64,000 nucleotides of DNA, taken from the NCBI GenBank assembly GCA_951406725.2, contig OX597827.1:64790001-64854000 (forward strand), read 5' to 3'. This stretch comes from Octopus vulgaris (lineage: Eukaryota). The stretch's first letter is position 1. The number at the start of each line of letters is the position of its first letter. Below, piece by piece: positions 1 through 14,869 of the stretch. The position numbers and the translations under genes are program-made. The notes beneath the pieces are model-generated. The model was given only the letters and a program-made list of their open reading frames with translations, made no database searches and was not told where the DNA came from.

Positions 1-40
<40 letters not shown>

Positions 41-46
41 CATACA

Positions 47-111
<65 letters not shown>

Positions 112-491
112 GTATACGTGCACTCATTCTCTCTCTCTCATACACACACACACACACACACACATATATTTGTATATACATATATACACACAGGTATATA
201 TTGATGATTACTTACATATTTCGAGTATCGATAGTCGATGATGATTATGAATCAGCACCAGTTTCTTGGGCAACGCTATAATTGTAAAACAACATCAACA
301 AAAAACCTTAACAACAACGAGAACGACAACAACACACCAACACAAGACAATGACAAATTGAATTTCATATAATTTGCGAAAGAAAAAAATGAAATAATAA
401 AGCTGCATCAACGGCAATGAGTACGTTGTTTTAATATGATACAGGAAATAATTAATGACAATAACAATTCTGGGGAAGACTAATTAGTTCA

Positions 492-936
<445 letters not shown>

Positions 937-1034
937 ACATGTATGCATGTATGTATATATATATATTAGCACGTGTATACGTACACTTGTTTACGTACAC
1001 TATGTACACCAGTGTATAAAAACGTAAAGTATAT

Positions 1035-1045
1035 ATCTATATCTA

Positions 1046-1144
<99 letters not shown>

Positions 1145-1166
1145 ATATCTATCAACCTATCTATCA

Positions 1167-1230
<64 letters not shown>

Positions 1231-1232
1231 CT
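1035..1232. repeat. (TCTA)n microsatellite
   Basis: Direct tetranucleotide repeat. Similar tracts at ~8971-9352, 23521-23705, 28741-28828, 29068-29130, 56689-56850 and 57549-57742. Confidence 0.97.
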
Positions 1233-1455
1233 ACATATATATGTATATATAAGTATATGCATACGTGTGTATGTGTACGGATATCTGTGTTTGTGTATAT
1301 GTGTAGTGCATGCTCGTATGTTTGTGTATTTGTGAGTGTGAGTGCGTGTGTGGCTTATAGACATTTGAATATATAGATTTATACCTTAAAACTTTTAATG
1401 TATCTACACATTCATATGTACATATACATATACATATATACATGCATGCAAACAT

Positions 1456-1524
<69 letters not shown>

Positions 1525-1798
1525 TTCAGCGTTTTGTACGTTCTTAGTACGAATTGTAAGGCGTTAATAGATTTCTTTTTCAATCGTTTCAATGCTGCAT
1601 ACAAAACTAAATACATTACATACCTAACCATACCTCCGAGCACATACGTATGAATGTTTCCCCCGTGAAAGACATCGCATGAGAGTTCTGCTTTTTGCCG
1701 AACGACCTGTGCTAGTGATTTGCTTATAGTAATCAAATGTGTCTGTTGTACATTAGCTTCTTCCTTCAATCAAATCGACGTGGCCTGAACAGATGTAT

Positions 1799-1888
<90 letters not shown>

Positions 1889-1914
1889 ACACCCACCCAC
1901 ACACACACACACGC

Positions 1915-1945
<31 letters not shown>

Positions 1946-2025
1946 TATATATATTATTTTATTAATTAATTAATTAATTAATTAATTATTTTTTAAATAT
2001 CAAAAGTATTAAAAGTTTAATAATA

Positions 2026-2080
<55 letters not shown>

Positions 2081-2094
2081 ATATAATATTCTTT

Positions 2095-2290
2095 TATTTG
2101 TTTCAGTGCGTTTATGCTGGAGCATCATCTTGAGGGGTTTTAGTCGAACAATTCCCCCCCTGTATTTATGCTTTGTATGCCTAATACTTTGTGTATCGGT
2201 CTCTCTTGCCGAACTGTTAAGTTACGTGGACATAAACACACCAACATCAGTCGTCAAGCAATAGCGGGAGGACAAACACAGACATAAGAA
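2095..2290 (-). mobile_element. SINE family A, 3' half
   Basis: Reverse complement of the family tail (tgtttacgtccccgtaacttagcggttcggcaaaagagaccga...ctccagcat...actgaaacaa) seen in the fuller copies at 14275 and 27580. Confidence 0.8.
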
Positions 2291-2347
2291 CACAAATTTA
2301 CACACACGTACATATGTTTATGTATACATATACATATATAGCTTAAA

Positions 2348-2414
2348 TGTTTCGCTCATAAACACACACATCGCCCGGTGTAAGATTCGAACCCGCGATA
2401 CCTCGACCGCGAAC
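2348..2414 (-). mobile_element. SINE family C head fragment (tRNA-like)
   Basis: tttcgctcataaacacacacatcgcccggt...ttcgaacccgcgat...cgaccgcga matches the head of the copies at 21228-21539 and 31275-31645. Confidence 0.7.
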
Positions 2415-2860
2415 CAGTATTTATAGTTTTGATAATTATTAATTTAAAAAGAAAAAAAATACCTATAAGAAATTATTTGTGTTGTTGAATTTTAATAAGA
2501 AGGTCTACGAAATTGCCCTGATGAATTCTTGGACTAGAGTCTCTGTAAAATTTATATTCAAAGACAAACTGTCCGTGAAGTAAATAATACAGCACCTTTC
2601 GTTATCAGTCGATCATGGCATATTTGTTTACAGTGTATAAATTAGTGTCATTCATACCGCAGCCGGGTCTGTATCGCAGCATTAAAAATTTTTGGGGAGA
2701 GGGCCAGTCGATTAGATCGATGCCAGTACGCAACTGGTACTTTATTTATCAACCCCGAAAGAATGAAAGGCACAGTCGACCTTAGCGGAATTTGAACTCA
2801 GAACGTAAAGACAGACGAAATACCTTATTTACATTATTTACATTATCTACATATGCCCAC

Positions 2861-2935
2861 GGGCATATGGCGTAGTGGTTAAGAGCGCGGGCTACTAACC
2901 CCAAGATTCCAAGCAGTGACCTGAACAGTAATGGT

Positions 2936-2970
<35 letters not shown>

Positions 2971-3128
2971 TAATAATAATAATAATAATAATATCTTAAG
3001 AATGAGAACCCAGGTTTGAAATTTCCGCAAGACGTCTAAAGAAGGCTGGAGCGTATATCAGCCGAAACGTTGTGTTAACAACAAACAAAATGAGGACAAA
3101 TATCCGTCGAATGTAAATAATGTAAATA
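2861..3128 (+). mobile_element. tRNA-headed SINE with hammerhead-bearing tail (family E), copy 1
   Basis: A-box TGGCGTAGTGG, anticodon-like stem ggg-CTACTAA-ccc, B-box deleted, internal (TAA)n, HHR-like motif at 3031-3076, tail ending aatgtaaataatgtaaata. Collinear with the copy at 40805-41170 (-). Possible TSD gaaatacct at 2817-2825 and 3153-3161. Confidence 0.8.
3031..3076 (+). ncRNA. Degenerate minimal type I hammerhead ribozyme motif
   Basis: gacgt-CTAAAGA-a-GGCTG(gagcgtatat)CAGCC-GAAA-CGT-T-gtgtt. Stem II is intact; the core is mutated relative to CUGANGA, which is intact in the sister copy at 40856-40900. Confidence 0.6.
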
Positions 3129-4298
3129 TAGAAGTGTAAATACAGATCAAATGAAATACCTATTTCTTTACTACCCACAAGGGGCTAAACACAGAGAGGA
3201 CAAACAAGAACAGACAGACGGACTTAGTCGATAATATCGACCCCAGTGCGTAACTGGTACTTAATTTATCGACCCCGAAAGGATGAAAGGCAAAGTCGAC
3301 CTCGGTGGAATTTGAACTCAGAACGTAACGGCAGACGAAGACCGCTAAGCATTTCGCCCGACCTACTAACGTTTCTTATTTCTATATTGCCCACAAGGGG
3401 CTAAACATAGAGGGGACAAACAAGGATAGACAAAGGGATTAAGTCAATTACATCGATCCCAGTGCATAACTGGTACTTCATTTATCGACCCCGAAAGGAT
3501 GAAAGGCAAAGTCGACCTCGGTGGAATTTGAACTCAGAACGTAACGGCAGACGAAATACCGCTAAGCATTTCGCCCGACGTGCTAACGTTTCTGCCAGCT
3601 CGTCGCGTTATATATTTTATATATTACCCACAAAGAAAACTCTATGTTCATCAATAAGTTTGCACAATGCAAAAACATTATCTGCGTACATATGTACTTG
3701 TTGCTGTATCTGTTCTTTGCTGGAATAAATACACAAGCTCAGTACGAACATGCTACAAGCAATTAAACCATTCGATTGGGTGATGTGCAGTTCATCTCGA
3801 CTTCCTGAATCTACCACCGTTGTAGATGTATATTATGTATGCTATATTATTATTACCAATATTCCCATTGCTTCATTATTTCTTACACTGAGCGTGATAT
3901 CACTTCAATATCACACCATGCCGAGATACGTGTTGACGAATAATAAAGATTTTTCCCGACCATCATCTTGCCATAAAACTAATTGTTGCTTTCGTTTATA
4001 TATTTTACAACCAAAAATGGTTATCTGGCAATATAGAAGTTACTGCGTCCATTGAGGATATTATTTACAGCATATTTATTTACAAGATATTATTTCGATT
4101 AATACTATACATACATACATACATACGTACGTACATACATACATACATACATACATACATACATACATACATACATAACTACATACATACATACAGACAC
4201 ACACACACACACACATATATATATGTATGTATAGTATGAATCAAGTCTGTGCTGGTTCTTTACTCATAATCTAATTATTGATTGTGTACAATTTCTCC

Positions 4299-4338
<40 letters not shown>

Positions 4339-4347
4339 CATGTTTGC

Positions 4348-4394
<47 letters not shown>

Positions 4395-4424
4395 CATATA
4401 TATGTACGTATATATATATGTACG

Positions 4425-4473
<49 letters not shown>

Positions 4474-4720
4474 CGCATATAGATATATGCACACACAGAC
4501 ACTCGTACACACACATATATATGTACACGTATATGTATATATATATATATATGTATGTGCGTGTGTAAGCATGGAAACCATCGTACGAAATTATGGCTTC
4601 CGATATAATTATTAAATGTTCGAAATAAATTTGGTCTTGTTTCGTTTATTCTTTATTATTGTTCAACCAAGCTTCAATACACACACATACATATACACAG
4701 ACACAGACGCGCATCCCTTC

Positions 4721-4770
<50 letters not shown>

Positions 4771-5354
4771 ATATATATATCTATATGCACACATATATTC
4801 ATGTATGTGTGTGAGTGTGCGCGTATGTATGTATGTATGTATGTATGTATGTATGTATGTAGGTATGTATGTATTGAGTCTTCAGAAAACCTTTGTCAAA
4901 ATATAAGTCTCTCTCTCTCTCACTTCTCGTTCAATTATGGTAAAGTTACTTTCCTTTATCGTCTCAACCTCACGACTTGTATAGGATTGCATTTTTAATG
5001 TCTGTAGATTTTGTTGTTCTGGTTGTTGCTGTTATGGGTAAAATATCTTCGACTATTGTTGGTTCTTTCTCGATGTCGTCTTTGTAGTTTCGATAATACA
5101 GCTGTCGTGAGAAATTATGGCCTTTTATTAGAAATACCTGAGCCATATCGTCGTGTATGGCTGACAAAAGCAATGAATGGGCTCTATATAGTGTGATAGA
5201 AATTTGAATGAAATTCCAACAAGAATACATAAGTAACTACAAGTTTAAAACATTGAATCTCTATAGTTTCCATTATTGAGGATACGCAAGGAAATATCTT
5301 CTAATACTACTTCAAAAATTATTGTTCTATGCATCTTGGTTTAATGTATGTATG

Positions 5355-5453
<99 letters not shown>

Positions 5454-5497
5454 GTATTATATATATGTATATATATATATATGTATGTATGTATATA

Positions 5498-5560
<63 letters not shown>

Positions 5561-5711
5561 GTATGTATACATGTATGTACGTATGTAAATATGTATGTAT
5601 GTATTAATGTATGCATATGTATGTATGTGTGTATGTAAATATATATATACCTATATATACACGCACACATACATACACGTACTTATACGTGATAAATAAA
5701 ATTAATATTGA

Positions 5712-5831
<120 letters not shown>

Positions 5832-5844
5832 TAAGTTGTTGGCA

Positions 5845-6500
5845 ATGAATAGAATGCAGCGCTCTAAAGCAGACGTAATACGACTTTAATTCCCAAGAAA
5901 AGAGTGTGGTTGTGGACTCTTATAACTTGAACTGACATTAAAGATTGTCGCAATTGGTATAAACACCCGTCTAAAAAAATTCTGATGACTACATATATTA
6001 AAACTTGTATTAAAAGAACGAAAACAAGAAACAGCATGCACAGTAACAAAAACAGGCAAGGAAATATCTAAGTGAATTTCAGATACAGCATGTCCTAGTA
6101 ATGGAAAAAGCTAAACGTATGATGCTTGGATATTCTCACAGATAAATGGCAAGAAAAACCTCTCAATGGCAAATATCCAAAGAGTAATAACAATGCTGAT
6201 GTTGACAAAACACTTAACTTTAATTGCTGGCATGTTCTGGCTAAAACTCAGAGACAGTATGGTTTATCATAGCAGCCGAGAAGCAATGTCTACTCACAAG
6301 AAGCTACCAGGCCAATATCTTAAAGAACAGTAGTGGCCCAACATAAGTTATGGAGTGTGAGGTAAGTAATATGATACCGGTGATAATTGAAGCATTAGGT
6401 TTCTAAGGGCTTTGAGAAATAAATTAACAATATTAGAACTGATGGTAGACTCAAGGGGTTCCAGAAGACAGCACTGTTGGGTACAATTCTAAGGAGACAA
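5845..6500 (+). mobile_element. R4/Dong-like RLE non-LTR retrotransposon, decayed 3' fragment
   Basis: Frameshifted translation gives WQEKPLNGKYP, then SET..FIIAA..QCL.TRSYQ, then IPVII.ALG and QKTALLGTILRR, the typical C-terminal motifs of this clade. Confidence 0.7.
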
Positions 6501-6659
6501 TTGCCTTTTTGAGTCACAGGGAAAAAACCACTTGAAAGATTTGGTGATTTGATATTGCCTGCTTTGAACTAAAACATAACCGGTAATTAAGAAGTAGCCG
6601 AGAATTTTTCAAAATAACGATAATGATAGTAACAAAGTAGCGCCAATACTCATAAGATA

Positions 6660-8372
6660 TATAAAACATTACATGAATAAATGGCAGACATTGCTGCAGC
6701 TCCAGACAAAAGAGGGGCTCATAAAAACCAAAGCCATCCCCATTAGAAGGGGGATATTCCTGGGAGACACACACTCTCCACTCCTTTTCTGCTTGGCACT
6801 GATACCACAGGATGTGGATACAGAACTGGATGTGGATGTGTATGTTACGGCAAAACTATAGCCACCTCTTACATATGGATGGTCTAAAACTGTATGCCAC
6901 AAAGGATAAACAGATGGAAATACTACTACAGACAGTACATGTGATTTGCCAAAAAAATAAACATGAAATTTGGTTTAGAAAAATGTGCCAAAGCAAACTT
7001 GAATAGGAAGAGTAGCAACATCACACTGGATAAAGCAAATGGAATAAAACAATTAAACTAAAGCCAGCCATACAAATACTTAGGAATCAACGATCTAGAT
7101 ACGATACAACACACACAAATGAAAGAAAAGATAAGAAAAGAATACTATAGACGAGTTACATTAATACTGAAAACAACTCAATGCGAAAACAAGACAATAG
7201 GTATCAACACTTTTTTAAAATAAGAGAATTAAACTAAAGCCAGCCATACAAATACTTAGGAATCGATGAACTAGATACGATACAACAGACACAAATGAAA
7301 GAAATGATATGAAAAGAATACTATAGTTGAGTTACATTAATAGTGAAAACAGCTCAATGCGAAAACAAGATAATAGGTATCAACACTCTAGCCGTCCTAG
7401 TTATAAGTTACAACAAAACTAAGTGGACTCTAAATGAACTAATCAAAATAGGCAGGAAAACAAGAAGAGTAATGACAAGATTTAGGATGCACCACACAAA
7501 ACCTGACATAGAAAGATTATATAGACAACGTATAGAAGGTGGTAGAAAACTTTTACAAACTCTAAGACTATTACAAAATAACCGTTATAAGACTATAGAA
7601 ATATCTACATTAGAAGCAAGGAAAACTAATACAAATAGCCACAAAACACCAACAAAAGAAAAAAACTTTTCAGTTTTTAAGGTAGCTGACAAATACGAAA
7701 AAGAAGTCAAAGTACCTAACAACTATGAAGAAGAAAAAAAACAACAAAACCTGTAAAACAACCGATATCAAAACTAAAACTGGAATAGCAACGGATCATG
7801 ATAAAGCGATGGCAAGAAAAGCCCCTTCATGGCAAATACGGGATTAGACTAAACAAAAAAGACATAAACAAAGCAAAATCCCAACAATGGCTGAGAAGCT
7901 CAGACTCAAAGCAAACGCTGAAGGATTTTTAATTGTAGCACAAGACCAAAGCTTCCCCAACAGAAATTACCAAAAAAACAAAACAAAAAAAAACAACAAA
8001 AAAAAAAAGAAAAGAAAACATCTAATGAAAAGAAATACAACTAACTGCAGAATATGTGGAAATGGAGAAGAAACAATAAATCATATTTCTCTGGCTGCCC
8101 AGTCCTGACTGAGAAGGAAAATATTCACAGACACGACAGAATTGAGACCTATATAGGCTGCAAGCCATGCCAACACTATGGAATAACAACAGAAAAAAGA
8201 TTGTATAGGCACACGCCAGAAAAGGTCACAGAAAATGAGAAAGCAGCCATACTCTGGGATATGCCAATACACACAAATACAGAAATTAAGACCAATATGT
8301 CGGATATAGTAATCAGAGATCACCAAGAAAAAAGTGCTTTCTAATCAATGTATCAATACCAACAGATGGCAA
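6660..8372 (+). mobile_element. R4/Dong-like non-LTR retrotransposon pseudogene (RT + CCHC + restriction-like endonuclease)
   Basis: RRGIFLGDTHSPLLFCLAL (RT QGD-type motif), HLLHMDGLKLY (YMDD-like), YKYLG, CRICGNGEETINH..GCPVL (CCHC knuckle), IHRHD, ILWDMPIHT..SDIV. Many stops and frameshifts. Confidence 0.9.
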
Positions 8373-8969
8373 TGTACATCTTAGAGTGCGTCTTCTCTGG
8401 ATTTAATTTTATACATACACATAGATACGACTGGCTTCTATAAAGTTGTCGTTATGAAATTCACTTACAGGTCATTAGTCGGAAAAGGGTTCTAAGAGAA
8501 GATACTAGCCAAAATGCCTTGCAGTGGAATCGAGGGCGGAACATCGACACTGCGAAGCGGACTTCATCAGCATAATTCTACGCTCGCTCCTACTACATGA
8601 CTATCGTAAAGATATTAAAAGAAAGAAACAAACCAAAAAAAAAAGGGGTAAAAGGAAATGTGGAAGAAATACAAAACAACTGAAACAAAAGACTAAAATT
8701 GTATTTTAATTTTCTTTTTTATTTCTTCCTCACTAGAATTTTCTATGTGTCTTGCAGAAATTGCGTAGCTAGAAGCTATATTTCAATATCTGCATTTCAG
8801 TCAATTATTTCCTAACTAACACGAAATTCTACATATCTCTTTCACATGCAACTACACAGCGATTCCAATTCCTGTCCTCTCCTGCCTCATTTCCTACCTA
8901 CTCATCTAATTGCCCACCTGCTTGTCTGTCTGCCTGTTTGCTAGTTGGCCTGCTTATCTGTCTGTCTGC

Positions 8970-9031
<62 letters not shown>

Positions 9032-9032
9032 G

Positions 9033-9107
<75 letters not shown>

Positions 9108-9139
9108 GTCTGTCTGTCTGTCTGTCTGTGTCTGTCTGT

Positions 9140-9185
<46 letters not shown>

Positions 9186-9223
9186 GTCTGCCTGTCTGTC
9201 TGTCTGTCTGTATGTCTGTCTGT

Positions 9224-9354
<131 letters not shown>

Positions 9355-9511
9355 CTTCTCACGCTTATATAGATCCCTATACATATATGTCTGCCTGTGT
9401 GTCCGTATGTGTGTACATATGTGTGTTTGTATGTATGCATATATATGTGTGTGTGAGGGAGAGAGAGGCAGACAGAACATTATAAACATACTTTCACCAG
9501 CCATTCCATCC

Positions 9512-9548
<37 letters not shown>

Positions 9549-9551
9549 TAT

Positions 9552-9585
<34 letters not shown>

Positions 9586-9685
9586 GTATATATATATGTA
9601 CACACATATATATATATAACATATATATAGATATATGAATAAATATATGTACATATTTATATATACATATATATGTATATATGTG

Positions 9686-9743
<58 letters not shown>

Positions 9744-10050
9744 TACATATCTATGCATATCTATCTATCATCTGTATCGTAGATAGATATCTGTGTGTAT
9801 ATGTGTTGCGGAAAATCAATACAATTATTATTTTTTTCTCTGTATGAATGCAAGAGGTGTAAAGGAGAAAAATTGGAAAAGCAAAGAAAATAAAAAATAA
9901 AATAAAATAAAAACTAAAACAAAAAAAAACAAAACAAAACAAAGCAAATACGAAACGATAACTGCAACGAATCCAGAACACTAATATGTTAAAACTAATT
10001 CAAGAAACCAAAGTATGAACAGCAATACGCAGCAGGAGCAATCACATCAC

Positions 10051-10110
<60 letters not shown>

Positions 10111-10320
10111 TACCACTATCATCACCAGCGGAGCAGCAGCAGCAGCAGCAGCAGCAACGGTAGTAGACTTTGTACCTGTTTTTTTTTGGGGGGGGGTCTA
10201 TGAGACCATGAACATGATAGAGAATGAGAGGAAATGGCCGAAAATTACATGTTGCGAATGCGTTGAAGGGAATTAGTGAGAATGATAAAGTAGGTAGAAG
10301 CAAGAAAAAAGAAAGATAGA

Positions 10321-10358
<38 letters not shown>

Positions 10359-11599
10359 CGAGGGGGAGAGAAAGAAAGAGAGAGATTGACAAAGCGAAAT
10401 TTGGTAGAGGGTGGTATGGAAAGCGGAGAAAATAAATGCAAGAAAATCCACAAAAACCAGGAGGAGTTTGAACGGGGAGAAGGCAAAAATGATAAAAAAT
10501 ATAATCCTATATCGTGAGGAAGGAATGTTTGTTGAGTAAGTCAGTGGCTGCAATAAAAGTCTTGTAAATATCTCTATTCACATAACCACTTCTGCATGCT
10601 GAAAGACATGCTAGAAACCGTAATTAGGATGCAGGTACAAGCTTGAAGAAATACAGGCAACGGAAACACAGGGACACATGTGTTCGTAGAGTTATACATG
10701 GACACGGAGAGTAAATGCTGGGCTACCAGCTGTTTCTCGCGTGCATCGTAAAAAGTTGAACACAATATGTATACGATAACTTGCATATTGATATGTTTGA
10801 CTGCGTGGATGTGGATTTGCGGTAAATAAGCATTAGTAAGAACAACATAGAAAGTAAAAATGTTTAATCAAAATGTTAAACGCTTGAGAACTTAAATTTA
10901 TGTGTGAGTTAGGCTTCGAGCTCAGAAGATGTGAAAAGAAAGCAACAGCAAGGTGAAAGATTAGACATCCGCGGGGAATGCCTTTCTAGGAAGTAGTTAA
11001 AAATGAAGTGGGGGGGAGGTATATGATGAGGCATATATTAAGGTTTACTTTGTCTAGAAATGGAATTGGGTGTGCTGGTGTCTACGTGCTTAGAAAGGGT
11101 ATAGAGAGTTCTTAAACACTATATAGTTATATACCTTACTTTATCGTTAAAGCCAATCCTTCACTTCACCCCACTCCATCTACCTCTCTTTCTATTTATT
11201 TGATTTACTTTCTATTTACCACGTTCTTTTTACCACATGGGGATAGGCCATGCTGAATTTTCTATCGTATGGAAGCTGCTCTGCACCACATGTTGAGATT
11301 GCTTATTATTACACACTCACACACGCACACGTACGCACACTTAGTTCGGGGTTAACAAGGCGACCATTGGTTTCATGCCGAGAAAAATTAGCAATTATCA
11401 AGCCTGCCTCCTGTGAAAAAGGGGCTCGTCTCTATTTGGGATGAAATCAAGATGCATATGAACATCAACATCCATGTGGCAAGCAACATAAATACTGTAC
11501 CTCCCCCTGTGTGAAACAAACGGTAGCCTTTTTAACCCACAGATAAATAACATCCGCCAATGCAGTGTTCAGCACTCTTAATTACGGTTCGATATTAGA

Positions 11600-11650
<51 letters not shown>

Positions 11651-11696
11651 TACACATCTGTGTGTGCATGTATGCATATATATATCCATGTATATA

Positions 11697-11744
<48 letters not shown>

Positions 11745-11768
11745 CTATATATGTATATGGTCATATTT

Positions 11769-11811
<43 letters not shown>

Positions 11812-12004
11812 TTAGGTATTTCACTGCATGTTTAGAGATCTTTGCCAAAGGCAGGTATTTTTTAAGTATATTTAAACAAGATTCAAACCGAAATTGGCCC
11901 GAAACTACCAGGCATACACATGTACTAAACATGCTTACAAAATTTTACATACTAATACTTTTGAGTAGTAATGAACAAAGAGGCAATATAAATGATATAT
12001 ATAC

Positions 12005-12055
<51 letters not shown>

Positions 12056-12084
12056 CTTATAGTAACAACAACAACAACAACCAC

Positions 12085-12147
<63 letters not shown>

Positions 12148-12315
12148 AAACAGAAGAAGAGGAACAACAACAATAACAATAATACTATTGATAATAATAA
12201 AGATTACTATTATTATTATTATTATTATTATCATCATCATCATCATCATCATCATCATTATCATTATTAATATTATTATTATTATTATCATTATCATCAT
12301 TAGTATTATTATTAC

Positions 12316-12391
<76 letters not shown>

Positions 12392-13023
12392 AATATTATT
12401 ATTATTATCATCACTGTTGATGATTTTGCTCTAATAATGTAATTTATTCTAACCAAACGCCAAATGGGTTATTTTACTTACTGACATATATTAGACTTTT
12501 AAATTAAGGAGAAATAGAAATGTTTAGAAAAAAATTGCCCGAGGTCTTTCAGGCACCTATACGCACACAGTTACACATAGACACACACAACACATACAAT
12601 CAAGCACCTACACTCCCTCACGCACACTCACGCCCACATGCACTCACACATGTAGGCACACGATTACGTGTATACATACGTGAAGTGGTAGGCACGGATG
12701 ACACACAAATGTATATATTGGTATGTAAATGAAATTAGATAACTATACACACAGGCATGTCATTAAGAGCAACACATTAATATTCATGATTCTACTTATA
12801 TGCATATATATTAATATTGGTGGGCGTGTATTTGTATATATACATATGTATGCATGTACCTATACATGCACGTATTTATCTATCTATGTCTCTCTCTCTA
12901 TATATATATGTATAGACAGAAATACACACACACACGCACACACGCACACACGCATACACACACACACACACACATATATATATACATATATATATAATTA
13001 TACATATATATATGTATGCATAC

Positions 13024-13068
<45 letters not shown>

Positions 13069-13184
13069 TATATATATATACAAACAAATATATGTACCTA
13101 CAAATATATATATATATATGAGTGTGTGTATATATAATATATATAATATATATATATATATATATACATAGATATAAATAGGTC

Positions 13185-13215
<31 letters not shown>

Positions 13216-13247
13216 TATATATACAGATAATACATACATACACACAA

Positions 13248-13303
<56 letters not shown>

Positions 13304-13769
13304 AGAAGTATGCATGTATATATATGTGCAGAAAGATTATATTTTCTTGCCCATATATGGCAATATACCTTATACAGACAGACACTGACACCCCTCCCTC
13401 CTGTATATATGCATTCTTACTCTCTTTCGGTGTCTCTCAGTAAATATGTGGTGTGCTTTTTCAGAGAATAGACCCATCTCTTGCTCCACCTGTCATTTAA
13501 GGATACTAAAAATGGCTGTGGTAGGATTTGCATACCGACCTTCTAAAACCGAAACAATTCCATGGGCTGGAAGGCTGACGCCTGAGTGGTGCACCAGCGT
13601 ATGGTGACTGCAACGACCACAGTGAAAGTACATGCACCCTCCTCCTCATCCACCTGTACCTCCTCCTCCGTCTCCTCCTTCTCTTCCCCCTCCTCCTCCT
13701 CCTCTTCATCCTCCCCTGCATACACATATATATATATATAGACATATATATATATATATAGACACACAT

Positions 13770-13916
13770 ATATATATGAGTGTGTGTGTGTGATGGGATT
13801 CTTTCAGTTTTTGTCTACCAGATCCACTCACAAGGCTTTGGTCAGCCCGAGTGGGACTGAACTCGGAACCATGTAGTTGGGAAGTAAGTTTCTTACCACA
13901 CAGCCACGCTTACGCC
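13770..13916 (-). mobile_element. SINE family A, 5' part
   Basis: Reverse complement of ggcgtggctgtgtggtaag...ggttccgagttcagtcccac...ccaaagccttgtgagtggat. Confidence 0.8.
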
Positions 13917-13959
13917 TCTGTTAATTATCCGTTAAAATAATTTTTGGAGCTGCAATATC

Positions 13960-14200
13960 CCATCTTCTCATCTAAATATATAAGTATTTTAGAAAATAGC
14001 AAAATACCAACGAGATTATTATTATTGGGAGGAAACAATTTAGTCAAAGCAGGCACCCTCAGCTTATAATACAGTTTTAATTTGGCTTTGGAACCTGGCC
14101 CATGCATTCCGCACTCTCTTCTAAAGAGGTCTTCGAACACTTCTTTAATCTTGGCGAACAGATCGGTTTGTTTTTGGGCGAAGGGCAGTGTAAAGGGTCT
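13960..14200 (-). mobile_element. Tc1/mariner (maT-like) transposase C-terminal remnant
   Basis: Frameshifted translation gives TDLFAKIKEVFEDL, then VRNAWARFQSQIKTV.AEGACFD*, resembling the Tc1/mariner C-terminus (..AC.RF..R..AV..AEGG.FE). Confidence 0.6.
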
Positions 14201-14274
14201 TTTCCCTGCTGATCATGGCTTCATATACTCCGTCGCATTTGACCTGTCTTATGTAACATCTTACACCTATTTTA

Positions 14275-14670
14275 CAGGCGTGGCTGTGTGGTAGGAAGCT
14301 TGCTTCCGAACCACATCGTTCCGGGTTCAGTTCCACTATAGGGTACCTTGGGCAAGTGCGTTCTATTGCAGCCAAGGGCCGAGAAAAGCCCTGTCAGTGG
14401 ATTTGGTAGAGGGAAACTAAAAGAATCCCGTCGTATATTTGTATATATTTATGCGAGTGTGTCTTTGTGTCTATGTTTGTCCGCCTACCATCGCTTGACA
14501 ACCGATGTTGGTGTGTTTACGTCCCCGTAACTTAGCGGTTCAGCAAAAGAGACCAACAGAATAAGTAGAAAACTCACAAAGGATAAAATCCTGGAGTCAA
14601 TTTCTTTGACTAAAAAAACCTTTACGGCTGCAGTCAAACGACTGAAACAAGCCAAGAAATAAAAGAATAA
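14275..14670 (+). mobile_element. SINE family A, near full length
   Basis: A-box TGGCTGTGTGG, B-box GGTTCAGTTCC, ccttgggcaagtg central motif, internal TA/TG tract, tail ending actgaaacaag..aaaagaataaaa. Confidence 0.9.
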
Positions 14671-14869
14671 AATAATATATATATATAATTTCATTTTATA
14701 CAAGTAATATAGCGTTCACAGATTATTGAAGAGTAGTCACGCTGTCGGCATTTTGATACTCGGCGTTGACCGTCATGATACAGGTAAGTCTTCTCTCCTA
14801 TTCGTATGTTTTCCTGCATCTAGAACTTCAGTTTTTATGCTTTCCAGTGCCATTTACAGTTTTCTAATA

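Larger units (their letters stand above)
2685..3605 (-). mobile_element. SINE family B tandem cluster, interrupted by the HHR-SINE at 2826-3152
   Basis: Repeated cgaccccgaaaggatgaaaggcaaagtcgacctcgg..gaatttgaactcagaacgtaa body. Head (ctgccagctcg) ends near 3605. Confidence 0.9.

Noticed and set aside
2518-2575. CTGATGA...caaactgtc possible hammerhead
   Set aside because: GAAA is absent and stem I does not form.
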